Source of the DNA: a virus
Length of the DNA stretch: 64,000 bases
Reading direction: 5' to 3' (one strand)
IMG/VR virus record: IMGVR_UViG_3300032893_000763
Location: 29,769 to 93,768 of that record
The position numbers and the translations under genes are program-made. A model generated the notes under the pieces. That model had not been told where the DNA came from, did not search any database, and saw only the letters and a list, made by a program, of their open reading frames with translations. Positions within the stretch are counted from its first letter, which is position 1; each line of letters opens with the position of its first letter. Shown here in pieces: positions 36,907 to 46,258 of the stretch.

Positions 36907-37786
36907 CCCCGCGTGGTTCACCGGCCTGATCGACTGGTGGTCGATGGAGTCACTCGACTACAGCGGAACAGGTTCCCTTCCAGATCACGCGGGAGGTGGG
37001 CACCCAGGAACGACAGTCATCTCGACGCCGGTTATCGGCGTCAATGACACCACGATCGTCACGCTTGAATCTACCGATGCGCCGCCGTGGTTCTGCTCCA
37101 AGGGGGCGGGCGTCAAGGTAAGGATCTGGCCCGCCATCATCACCAACCACGACCTCGCAGGTTCAAATCCGTTCCAGATCAAAGCTGCCTATGGTGGGTC
37201 ACCCTGGTACTCGCCGAGCAGTTGGACGCTCGCTATTTGGGCGCGCGCTGATGAGTTCGGAGCAATCGCTGGCGGCCCCCCGCCGCTCGACTCGTACTTG
37301 ATCTCCGACTTGGCAATCTCGCACTACGAAGTGATGACGCTCATCGGCGACGAGGTATCAGACGGCGCGTCGGAAAACGGCTGGCGTATCCAGATCGGCA
37401 CGGACGGGAAGTCCGTGAACTTCACGTCACACTCAACAGCCGACATCACCATCGGCACGCTGACGGATGACCAGTGGCACCTCTACGTCGTGACATCTGA
37501 CGGTACGACGATCAAGACGTATATGGATACGACCCCGGGAGGAACGCTCGCTCACAGCGGATTCGCCGTGAGCAGCAACTCCATCCTGTGGGGCACGCGT
37601 AACGCTGAAGGTCCGGGAGACTTCGGGTACGCACAGCCGTGGAACGGTTCCTTCGCCGACACCCTCATGTGGGATCGGGCACTCTCTGCCGACGACATCG
37701 TGGAGTTCTTCCTCGGGCTCGACTGTGCGCAGGTGTACCGGATCAAGTCGAAGATCCACGGTGTCCGTCCGACGTGGCCGCTCTAG
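36899..37786 (+). CDS. LamG/ConA-like lectin domain virion protein
   Basis: WTLAIWAR, QWHLYVVTSDG, WNGSFAD..WDRALS. Confidence 0.8.
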   Translation: MPDPAWFTGLIDWWSMESLDYSGTGSLPDHAGGGHPGTTVISTPVIGVNDTTIVTLESTDAPPWFCSKGAGVKVRIWPAIITNHDLAGSNPFQIKAAYGGSPWYSPSSWTLAIWARADEFGAIAGGPPPLDSYLISDLAISHYEVMTLIGDEVSDGASENGWRIQIGTDGKSVNFTSHSTADITIGTLTDDQWHLYVVTSDGTTIKTYMDTTPGGTLAHSGFAVSSNSILWGTRNAEGPGDFGYAQPWNGSFADTLMWDRALSADDIVEFFLGLDCAQVYRIKSKIHGVRPTWPL

Positions 37787-37910
37787 GGCCTGCCTCGCTG
37801 GCCCATCTCGACGCTCCCGCCCCTCCAGGCCGATTCCGGGCGGTTACATCTCCGGGCGGAGCCGTGCTCAGAGGGGCTTAGAATGGCTCAGAGATACGAA
37901 CAGGTGTTCG

Positions 37911-38174
37911 CTATGCGCCGAGCGGCTCGACGCAGGCGGTGAGCAGCCCGTCCGGGGCCAGGCCGAGGCCCTTCACGGTGAAGACCTGCTCGGCGTTCAG
38001 GGCCGGGAAGGAGACGAGCAGCACGTCCCCCTCGTGGAGCCGGAAGCCCGGCTCGGGGTCGGGCGGCGTGAACTTCGCGTTGTGCTCCGCGATCCGGCCG
38101 AGCGCACCGGCCATGCTCAACACGGCGAGCGTGATGAGCCCGAGGGCGACCGCGATGATGACCCCTATCACCAC
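37911..38174 (-). CDS. Small membrane-anchored protein
   Basis: N-terminal TM helix. Confidence 0.55.
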   Translation of the reverse strand: MVIGVIIAVALGLITLAVLSMAGALGRIAEHNAKFTPPDPEPGFRLHEGDVLLVSFPALNAEQVFTVKGLGLAPDGLLTACVEPLGA

Positions 38175-38238
38175 AGACGTAGGGTACCACGTGTCGCGTT
38201 CTACCTAGATCACGACATGGCTTCGCTAGAATAGGGTG

Positions 38239-39936
38239 ATGGAGTCCCCTGACCCCAAGCTCGTGCGCGAAGCCGTCGAGAAGGCCAAGCAGGGCGCGGA
38301 TGGTCGCGTCCTCAAGGTGCTGTACCTGGACGAGCAGGGCAAGTCGGTTGGCGAGTACGCCTCGACGCAGCTTCCCGAGAACCCGTGGGAGGGTGTGAAC
38401 GCGAAGTCGCTCATCGAGCCCCCGTTCCCGATGGCGCAGTTGACCTTCCTCGCGGAGATGCACCCGGTGCACTCCTCGGCGCTGGAGCAGAAGACCGCCG
38501 ACGTGTGCGGCAAGGGGTGGACGTGGGAGGCCGAAGACCCCGACGTGGCCGACGAGGACGCACGGGACGCCCTGGAGGACTGGCTCCAGTCGCTCGCGCC
38601 GGACGAGATCGACATGCGCGAGCTTATCCAGACGGCGTGGCTCGATGTCGAGACGGTCGGGTGGGGCCTCCTGGAGTGCGCACGCGAGCCGGGCGGCAAG
38701 CTCGCCCGCCTCTACCACGTCCCGGCGCACACGGTCAAGGCGCACAAGAACGGCTTTGCTCTCTGCCAGGCCCGCGACAACCGCGCGATGTGGTTCCGGC
38801 GGTGGGGCGCGACGGACGCCGCAGGGAAGCGTGTCGAGGTCAACATGAAGACGGGCTCGATCACGAATGTGCCGGACGACCTCAAGGCGAACGACCTGTT
38901 CGTCATCAAGAAGCCGAGCCGCCGCTCGACGTGGTACGGCATCCCCGGCTACATCTCCGCCGTCGGCTGGATCACCCTGGCGCTCGCCGCACGCGACGAC
39001 AACCTCTACTTCTTCAACAACCGGCGCGAGCCCCGGTGGGCGATCATCCTGACCGGCATGTCCGACGACACGGTGATCGAGGAGGATCTCCGCCGGGCGT
39101 TCACCGTGGACATGAAGCAGCCCTACCGCAACGTCATGGTGCCGGTCGCAGGCAAGGACGCGAAGGTGCAGTTTGAGAAGCTCAGCGACACGGCGAAGGA
39201 CGGGAGCTTCGAGAAACTCAGCGAGCGGGCCGACAAAGCCATCATGATCGCGCACCGCGTCCCGGCCGAGCGCCTGGCGAACTCGTCCGTGGGTGCGCTC
39301 GGGGGCAACATCGCCTCCGAGGCGAACCGCGTCTACAAGGAGGGCGTCATCGCGGAGGCGCAGGAAATCCTCAACTCGCGCCTGCGCCGCTTCATCGCCA
39401 TCGAGTACGGCCGCGCGACGGAGGTCGAGGTCAAGCCCGGTGACAAGTCGCAGTGGCTCATCAAGATGGACGACCTCGACATCCGCTCCGACCGCGAGGA
39501 CATGGATCAGGCCCTCATGCTGTTCCACGGCGACATGATAACGCTGCGCGAGGCGCGGCACCGCCTCGGGATGGGGCCGCTCATGAAGCCGAAGCCGGTC
39601 GAGCAGTTCAACCCGGACGGCACGCCCCGCCTCGACCCGATCACCAACGAGCCGATCATGGGCGCACCGCAGCCGGGCGTCCACGACGATCCCCCTCTGG
39701 ACGAGAACGGTAACCCCGTCCCGCCGGAGGAGGTCGAGAGCGAGTTCAACGACATGCTGTTCTCGCAGCTTCCGGGCTCGACGCAGGCTGCCGGTATGCC
39801 GAGCGCACAGGTGCCCGGTGCTGGCAAGCTGACCCCGGATGTCTCCAAGTCCGTCGAGCGCGACGTGGCCCTTCTCGTCCGCCAGGCCCACGAGACGCAC
39901 GCTCGTCTCGCGGCCATCGCGGACAATGCCGACTAG
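38239..39936 (+). CDS. Portal protein
   Basis: LIEPP, G.GLLE..R, LYHVPA, WYGIP.Y, AHRVP, ITLREAR; TAGAAT-6nt-ATG. Confidence 0.9.
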   Translation: MESPDPKLVREAVEKAKQGADGRVLKVLYLDEQGKSVGEYASTQLPENPWEGVNAKSLIEPPFPMAQLTFLAEMHPVHSSALEQKTADVCGKGWTWEAEDPDVADEDARDALEDWLQSLAPDEIDMRELIQTAWLDVETVGWGLLECAREPGGKLARLYHVPAHTVKAHKNGFALCQARDNRAMWFRRWGATDAAGKRVEVNMKTGSITNVPDDLKANDLFVIKKPSRRSTWYGIPGYISAVGWITLALAARDDNLYFFNNRREPRWAIILTGMSDDTVIEEDLRRAFTVDMKQPYRNVMVPVAGKDAKVQFEKLSDTAKDGSFEKLSERADKAIMIAHRVPAERLANSSVGALGGNIASEANRVYKEGVIAEAQEILNSRLRRFIAIEYGRATEVEVKPGDKSQWLIKMDDLDIRSDREDMDQALMLFHGDMITLREARHRLGMGPLMKPKPVEQFNPDGTPRLDPITNEPIMGAPQPGVHDDPPLDENGNPVPPEEVESEFNDMLFSQLPGSTQAAGMPSAQVPGAGKLTPDVSKSVERDVALLVRQAHETHARLAAIADNAD

Positions 39937-42900
39937 CGCACTCGACCTCTCCGCCGAGCATCTCCGCACCCTCGCGGTGCTCTACGCACGCCTGCGCAAG
40001 GACAAGCTGGAGGACGACGCCGCAGGCGACGATCCGGTGGCGCTCGCGCGGGAGAACCTCCGCCGGACGAAGCGCCTGTTCCTGGAGATCCAGAAGGCGC
40101 GGCGCGGCCCTCGGACGCAGATGGTGCACGAGCGGTCGCACGCCATCCGGCTCGAACTGGAGAAGGAGTGGGAGCGCCACCTGCGGGCGCTCTCTGACCA
40201 TCTCGTCGCCTCCTTCGACATCGAGGCGGCAGTGCAGGCGGCACAGCGGGCATGGATCACACCCCCGCCGGAGCCTGCCGACGGTGTGGTGGCCGGTGAG
40301 GATCTCGGGGCCGTGAAGTCGCGGCTGCGACTGCGTAAGGCGTCCTCCGGCCCCCGGCCCTCGGACGAGGAGGCGATCCAGAAGTGGGGCGGCGCTCGCG
40401 CTCGCGCGGGCCTCATCGCGCTCCGGGGCGAGGGCGCTCGCGTGCTCCGGGACGCCGACGGCAACCCGCTCGCGGTCGCGGACATCAAGACGGTCGGCAG
40501 CGAGGTCGAGGTCGTGACGCTCGCTGCGTCCGAGGGGCACGGCACGGCGATGATGCAGGAAGTCGCACGGCTGGCCGCACGCGAGGGCAAGGGCGTCCGC
40601 CTGTTCTCCACCCGCCAGGCGCAGGGCTTCTATCAGGGCCTCGGTATGCGCCGGGGTGAGCGGTCGGGCCTGTATCAGTGGACGCCGAACGAGGTCGCAG
40701 CGTTCGCCGTGACCGGCGGGGTGATCCCTCCGGCGGGCTCCGTCCCCGCAGGCACGGCAGCGCAGAAGCAGGGCATCTCTCAGATCGCGCTCAACGTGCT
40801 CTCCTCCGTCGCTCCGGGCTCGCAGCCGACGGCGTACGACGTGCAGCACGCACTCGAACGGACGGTGAACCGGGCCTCGTGGGAGACGGGCGCGGCGACG
40901 GAGTACCTCGGGCTCTCAGTGAAGACGGCGGAGCAGGCCGGACAGATCAGCCTCGACCATCTCGGGCTCCACAAGACGTTCGAGTTCGCACACCCGCAGG
41001 CGATGGCGCAGGACACCTTCGCCGTGCGCGGCTCGAAGGTGATCCAGAACATGTACGGCGCACACCGCGATGCGCTCACGAAGATCATCGTGGACGCCAC
41101 CGACCCGCGCAACCCGAAGACCATCGCGGAGGTCAAGGCGGCGATCAAGGAGCAGTGGCCGGGGCTCCAGGCGTATCAGGTCGAGCGCATCGCGCGGACA
41201 GAGACGGCCTCGGTGTGGACGACCACGAGCATGAACACCTACGCGGCGAACGGCATCTCGCAGTTCGAGAGCCTCGTCGCCACCGGCCCGAGCATCGGCA
41301 TCGACTCCGAAGACCCGTGTGACGAGTGCGTCGAGGCGGCGGCGGACGTGCACTCGGTGGACGATGATCTCCCGCCGTGGCACCCGAACTGCCGGTGCGA
41401 GGCGATCCCGGTGCTGGAGGACGAGGACGGCACGCCGTGGCTCCCGCCGGACGAGCCGTGGACGGGCGGCGGCGATACCTCCGGCGAGCCGATGGTGGAG
41501 CCCCGGCCCGCGCCCGAGCCCCCGAGCACAGGCGAGAACTACATGATGCCGCTCCTCCCGAGCACGCCGACGCACATCGGCACCGACTGGAACCGCGAGC
41601 AGTTCCAGGACACGCTTCGTCCGCACGTGGACGAGAACGTGCGTATCACCACCCGGCGCAACGAGTACGAGGGGCGGCTCGACTGGAGTGGTAGCGAGCC
41701 CGAGATCGAGGGCGAGCCGATCTCGTACCTCGGCGTCGAGTCCATCGAGCGGCAGGCTGAGGATGGGTCGTGGGAGATCATCGCGTCGAAGGAAGCGCCG
41801 GTCGTGGAGGCTCCGCCGGTCGTGGAGGCTCCGCCGGTCGAGCCTGCGCCCGCCCCCGAGGTTCCCGAGCCCGAGCCCGCGCCCGCGCCCGACCGTACCT
41901 CGGACGAGACTCTCCCGCCGGAGCCCGCGCCCTACACTGGCGATCCCGAGCGGCGGTTCTGGACGGTGCCGGAGGCCACGAGCGAGCCCTTCGGTATCAC
42001 GGCCAACGGACTCACCAACGACGAGATCCGCTCCGTCCACAGCTACACCAAGTCGGCGGGCGCATCCGGCGACCACGGCAACTACTTCTCGGTGAACGGG
42101 TGGCTCCGGGGTGTCAAGCGCACGAGCGGCAAGCCGCTGGAACAGATCAAGACCGCAGTGGAGAACCTCGACTCCGCCATCGGCAAGGCCCCCGCGCTCG
42201 ACAAACCGATGACCCTGTGGCGCGGCGTCGGCAACACGGAGTTCTACAGCGGCGTCCCGCACGTCGGCCAGGTGGTCGAGGATCAGGCGTACCTCTCGAC
42301 CTCTCTGACTTCGAGGCTGCCGACCTCGTGGGCGGGCACGTACGGCGACGTGTGGGAGATCGACGTGCCTGCCGGTACGAGGGGCATCAACGTCAACGCC
42401 GCGCTCGAAGGCACAGCGTACGGCCCGCGCGGGTTGGACATGGCGACCTCGAACGAGAAGGAGGTCATCCTCGCACGCGGCCAGAAGCTCGTCATCGACT
42501 CGGTGAAGGAGCGCCCGTACACAGGCGCTCTCCCCAACGGCATCCCCCGGCCCCCGTACGAGATCAAGGCGCACATCGAGCCCGAGCAGGCCGAGCCTCC
42601 GATGCCCGAGCCTGCCGAACCCGAGCCCCCGGCTCCTGCGCCGACGCCCAAGGAGGAGTCACCGCCTCCGGCTCCGACCTCACCCGTCGAGCCCTCGCTG
42701 TTCAAGGTGATGATGGAGCCGCTCGACAAGTACGACGTGAGCTACACCACCATCGGCGGAGCCGACACGAACTTCCGCTTCGTCACCCACGCGACTCCGC
42801 AGGAGGCCGAAGCTGCCCCGTCCCACGGCTTCCAGAAGCAGACGTATCTCACGGTCAAGGACGGGACGGGCGCGGACATCGCCACGCTCACGTGGGCACG

Positions 42901-44704
42901 CGATGCCGACGGCATCCACGTCCACTCGATCTACGTGGACAAGGCGCACCGGGGCGAGGGGATTGCGAAGGCGATGATGGCGAAGATCCACTCCGAGACG
43001 GGCGACCCGATCATCCACGGCTCGTTCGTGTCCCTGGAAGGCGTGCGCTTCGGGCTCGGGATGAGCACCCGCTACCCGCAGTGGAACAAGACGTGGCTCG
43101 ACATAGAGGACGGCAAGTTGAAGTTCTGGAAGCCTGGCGATCCCATCGACCTTCCCGACCCCGTGACGTACGAGGGCGGCGCTGCCACGTTCTCCCCGCT
43201 GGAGTACAAGTTCTACAAGGGCCTCAAGGCGTCCGTCGAGCGGGCGACCAAAGTGCCGAAGATCACCGAGCCTCCGCCTCCGGCAGCCCCGCCGATCCCC
43301 AAGCCCGAGCCGACCATTCCGGCCCCTGCGCCCGAGCCGCTCCCGGACACGCGGCCCCCTGCGCCGAAGCACATCTCCGACCTCCACACGCCGGAGGGAT
43401 TCAACGCCGCGCTCAAGCGGTACGAAGGGAAGCAGGGACGCCTCACGCTCGACTACGGCCCCGGCTACAAGCCCGTTGTCTACACCGGCCCGATCACGGA
43501 GTACAAGGACGGGAAGATGCTCATTGACCGGCGGATGATCCGCGAGCAGAACATGCCGAAGATCGCCAAGCTGGAGATCAAGGTGGGCGGGCGCTACAAG
43601 TCCTTCGATGAGTTCGAGAATCTCTCGCCCGAGGAGCAGGCAGCCGGGCCGTCGAAGGCGTCGGCGGCGGCTCGCGGCGTCGAGATCCCCGAGGGCGGCT
43701 TCCAGTTCGAGGACGCTCCTCCGTCCGGCGAGCTTGGCAACTACCCCGAGACGCCGCACTTCCAGTCCCTTGAGGAGGCGCAGGCGTTCGCGGAGCAGTT
43801 CCTCGCCCGCGAGGTCTACCTCGGCGCGAACCCTGACCTCAAGGGCCTGTACGAGGCGCTCGACAGTACCGCGTCCGTGCTCCGGCCGTATGGCATCAAG
43901 CTCGACCGCCTGCACGTCGAGCGCGATCCCAAGTCGGACGGGCTCGCGTACTACACCGCGCAGACGATGAAGAAGCTCACCATCGACGGCACCAAGCAGT
44001 ATTGGACGGGCGAGATGATCCGCGCACAGGCGCAGGTCTTCTCCAAGTCCAAGGCTGCGCAGGTCGCGGACAACGTGGACACGTGGGAGCGCAGGAAGGC
44101 GTACGAGATCCGGCAGAAGGAGGAGTGGATCAAGACCCTCCAGGAGAAGGGCGGATCAGAGGAGCAGATTGCGAGGTATCAGCGCGAGATCGACCTCTAC
44201 AACGCCACGCCGCGCTACTGGATCGCGGCCGAAGATCCGTCGCAGGGCACCCGTGCGTTCTTGGCACACGAGGCGGGTCACGCTCTCTCGTTCCACTTCG
44301 GTGAAGGTGCGGCTGCCCGCGAGGACGGGGTAGCCCTGGCGAAGGAGGGGCTCGCGCCGATCTTCACGTCGAAGCTCGAAGCTCTCAGGGTAACGGAGGA
44401 GGAGCGGCGGCAGGTGTCGATGTACGGAGCGACCGGCGGCAACCCCGGCCAGGCCAAGAACTCCGAGTTGTTCGCGGAGGTCACCTGCGCGAAGATGATC
44501 GGCAAGTACGACCTCATCCCGGCGAAGATTCGCCAGGCGTACGAGGAGACGCTCGCCACGATCACGCCGGAGGACATCGCAGCCAAGCAGAAGGCCGTCG
44601 CTGCTCGCGCGGCGGAGCGTGCAGCCAAGGAAGTCCGCAAGGCCCGGAAGGCCCGCGAGGACGCCCGCGCCCTGGCGCTCCGCAAGAGGTTGGGGTTACA
44701 CTAA
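39926..44704 (+). CDS. MuF-like minor head protein with GNAT, ADP-ribosyltransferase, second GNAT and HExxH peptidase domains (1592 aa)
   Basis: MuF RIARTE..CDEC..PPWHPNCRC; ART WRG..STS..EKE; GNAT GHGTAMM..GFY and HRGEGIAKAM; HEAGH..VSMYG..ELFAE. Confidence 0.88.
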   Translation: MPTSALDLSAEHLRTLAVLYARLRKDKLEDDAAGDDPVALARENLRRTKRLFLEIQKARRGPRTQMVHERSHAIRLELEKEWERHLRALSDHLVASFDIEAAVQAAQRAWITPPPEPADGVVAGEDLGAVKSRLRLRKASSGPRPSDEEAIQKWGGARARAGLIALRGEGARVLRDADGNPLAVADIKTVGSEVEVVTLAASEGHGTAMMQEVARLAAREGKGVRLFSTRQAQGFYQGLGMRRGERSGLYQWTPNEVAAFAVTGGVIPPAGSVPAGTAAQKQGISQIALNVLSSVAPGSQPTAYDVQHALERTVNRASWETGAATEYLGLSVKTAEQAGQISLDHLGLHKTFEFAHPQAMAQDTFAVRGSKVIQNMYGAHRDALTKIIVDATDPRNPKTIAEVKAAIKEQWPGLQAYQVERIARTETASVWTTTSMNTYAANGISQFESLVATGPSIGIDSEDPCDECVEAAADVHSVDDDLPPWHPNCRCEAIPVLEDEDGTPWLPPDEPWTGGGDTSGEPMVEPRPAPEPPSTGENYMMPLLPSTPTHIGTDWNREQFQDTLRPHVDENVRITTRRNEYEGRLDWSGSEPEIEGEPISYLGVESIERQAEDGSWEIIASKEAPVVEAPPVVEAPPVEPAPAPEVPEPEPAPAPDRTSDETLPPEPAPYTGDPERRFWTVPEATSEPFGITANGLTNDEIRSVHSYTKSAGASGDHGNYFSVNGWLRGVKRTSGKPLEQIKTAVENLDSAIGKAPALDKPMTLWRGVGNTEFYSGVPHVGQVVEDQAYLSTSLTSRLPTSWAGTYGDVWEIDVPAGTRGINVNAALEGTAYGPRGLDMATSNEKEVILARGQKLVIDSVKERPYTGALPNGIPRPPYEIKAHIEPEQAEPPMPEPAEPEPPAPAPTPKEESPPPAPTSPVEPSLFKVMMEPLDKYDVSYTTIGGADTNFRFVTHATPQEAEAAPSHGFQKQTYLTVKDGTGADIATLTWARDADGIHVHSIYVDKAHRGEGIAKAMMAKIHSETGDPIIHGSFVSLEGVRFGLGMSTRYPQWNKTWLDIEDGKLKFWKPGDPIDLPDPVTYEGGAATFSPLEYKFYKGLKASVERATKVPKITEPPPPAAPPIPKPEPTIPAPAPEPLPDTRPPAPKHISDLHTPEGFNAALKRYEGKQGRLTLDYGPGYKPVVYTGPITEYKDGKMLIDRRMIREQNMPKIAKLEIKVGGRYKSFDEFENLSPEEQAAGPSKASAAARGVEIPEGGFQFEDAPPSGELGNYPETPHFQSLEEAQAFAEQFLAREVYLGANPDLKGLYEALDSTASVLRPYGIKLDRLHVERDPKSDGLAYYTAQTMKKLTIDGTKQYWTGEMIRAQAQVFSKSKAAQVADNVDTWERRKAYEIRQKEEWIKTLQEKGGSEEQIARYQREIDLYNATPRYWIAAEDPSQGTRAFLAHEAGHALSFHFGEGAAAREDGVALAKEGLAPIFTSKLEALRVTEEERRQVSMYGATGGNPGQAKNSELFAEVTCAKMIGKYDLIPAKIRQAYEETLATITPEDIAAKQKAVAARAAERAAKEVRKARKAREDARALALRKRLGLH

Positions 44705-44708
44705 GACC

Positions 44709-44933
44709 ATGCCTGCAATCTCACAACACTGTCTCCTCCACTGCGCCCGCTCTCGCGGAGACGGGACGTGCGCTGCGTTCCCGGACGGCATCCCCGAGGA
44801 GATCCTCAACGGCGGCAACGACCACACCGAGGCGTACCCCGGCGACGGCGGGCTCCAGTTCGTGCGGTTCACCGGAGCCGACTCCGACATCAAGTACGCC
44901 TGGCCTCCTGACGGCCTGCCTCCGCAAGACTGA
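44709..44933 (+). CDS. Small Cys-rich protein (CAAFPDGIP motif) downstream of MuF
   Basis: TACACT-6nt-ATG; C..C..CAAFPDGIP..H..YPGDGGLQF. Confidence 0.75.
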   Translation: MPAISQHCLLHCARSRGDGTCAAFPDGIPEEILNGGNDHTEAYPGDGGLQFVRFTGADSDIKYAWPPDGLPPQD

Positions 44934-44953
44934 GGCCCGCTCTCGCGGGCCTC
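44932..44953. terminator. Hairpin between convergent genes
   Basis: GAGGCCCGC-TCTC-GCGGGCCTC. Confidence 0.65.
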
Positions 44954-44984
44954 GGTCGGCGGTTGGTAGTTGTAGCCTCGTCCG

Positions 44985-45890
44985 CTACTTGACCTCCTCC
45001 GTCTCGATGACCGAAGCCTTGGTGGGCCGGGAGAAGAACCCGAAGTGCTCGTCGTCGGCGCTGCGCTCGACCTTGGCGGTGAAGGTCACCGTCTTGCCCT
45101 TGAGAGCGTCGTCCTGGCTGCTCATGACGAGGTAGCCCGCGTCCGTGATCGAGGAGGGCACCGTGCCCCACACCTTGTTGCCGTCGGCCTCGCGGACGAG
45201 CATCTTGAGCGTCTCGCCGTACATGCTGTTCTGCCACTTGGTCGAGACGACGGTGCCGGTGATCTCGCGGCGACCCTCGATCAGCGGGGTGGTGGGCTCG
45301 GGCTCCGGGGCGGGCTTCGGCTTGTTCTCGTTGGCGATGAACTTGCGGACTGCGTTGGCCTGGTTCGGGAACAGCGTGCCCCACTTGTAGAGGCTGCGAA
45401 CCATGTCATCGAGGAAGGGGTGGCTCCGGCGACCGGCGTCCTTGACCTCGACGCTGTACTTGGCGAGGAACTCCACCACGTCCGTGTTCTCGGAGGCCCA
45501 CTGAGTCGCGGCCTCGTGGCGCTTCTGCCGCTCGTTCTCCTCGGCCTGCGCCTGCTCGGCCCGCTTGCGAAGGGCGGCTGCGCGGGAGGGAAGGCCGACG
45601 GTGTTGGATGCGCAGATATGGCCGACGTGGATAAGCTCGCCGGTCGGGACATGCCGAAACAGGACGCCGTGTGCGAAGGCGGCACCGCAGTGATCGCAGG
45701 TGCACTTGTTGGCGTGGTTGCCGTTGAAGACCGGCTCGGACTCGACGGCGGGGTAGTAGCACTCCGCCATCTCCTCGTCGTAGCACTTCATCATCGCAGT
45801 AGAGGAGCCCTGGTAGAAGGCCGAGACGAAGGTGTACTCGGAGGGGTCGAGCAGGGAAGGCTTGTGGGTGTCTGTGCGCTGTGTGTTCAT
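44985..45890 (-). CDS. Hypothetical protein with Zn site and OB-fold-like C-terminus
   Basis: CDHC...VGHIC; ITGTVVSTK..VWGTVP..VTFTAKV..FFSRPTK; starts at element copy 10. Confidence 0.8.
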   Translation of the reverse strand: MNTQRTDTHKPSLLDPSEYTFVSAFYQGSSTAMMKCYDEEMAECYYPAVESEPVFNGNHANKCTCDHCGAAFAHGVLFRHVPTGELIHVGHICASNTVGLPSRAAALRKRAEQAQAEENERQKRHEAATQWASENTDVVEFLAKYSVEVKDAGRRSHPFLDDMVRSLYKWGTLFPNQANAVRKFIANENKPKPAPEPEPTTPLIEGRREITGTVVSTKWQNSMYGETLKMLVREADGNKVWGTVPSSITDAGYLVMSSQDDALKGKTVTFTAKVERSADDEHFGFFSRPTKASVIETEEVK

Positions 45891-45940
45891 GTCCTTAGTA
45901 TCGGACACGAGCGCACCGGGGGCATCCCCCCGAAGGGGGA
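45888..45940 (-). promoter_or_regulatory. Repeated promoter element, copy 10
   Basis: TCCCCC-TTCG-GGGGGA, 21 bp, CGATACT, 6 bp, ATG45890. Confidence 0.9.
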
Positions 45941-46027
45941 TCTTTCAACGGGGGCGGTGTTTCAACAGGTCGAGAGGTAGTACCCGTCCGGGGATCTCCC
46001 CCGGCACCATGCCGCCCCCCGCGAAGC

Positions 46028-46258
46028 CTACGAAGACATCAACTTCTCAAGCTGCTCATCGGCCTTGGCTGCGGCCAACTGGCGCTCGCGCATGGCGGGC
46101 GTCCCGTGGCTCGCAGCGGCCTCGCGCTTCTCGGCGTACAGGCTCTCGATCAGCGCGGTGAGGCGCTTGCAGTCATCGCCGTTGACGCCCGACGACCACA
46201 GCGCCCGTCGCTCGGCCGAGAGCCGCTCGATCTCCTCGGAGATGTCTCCTCTAGCCAA
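46028..46258 (-). CDS. Small helical protein
   Basis: Overlaps the FtsH stop; 76 aa. Confidence 0.55.
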   Translation of the reverse strand: MARGDISEEIERLSAERRALWSSGVNGDDCKRLTALIESLYAEKREAAASHGTPAMRERQLAAAKADEQLEKLMSS

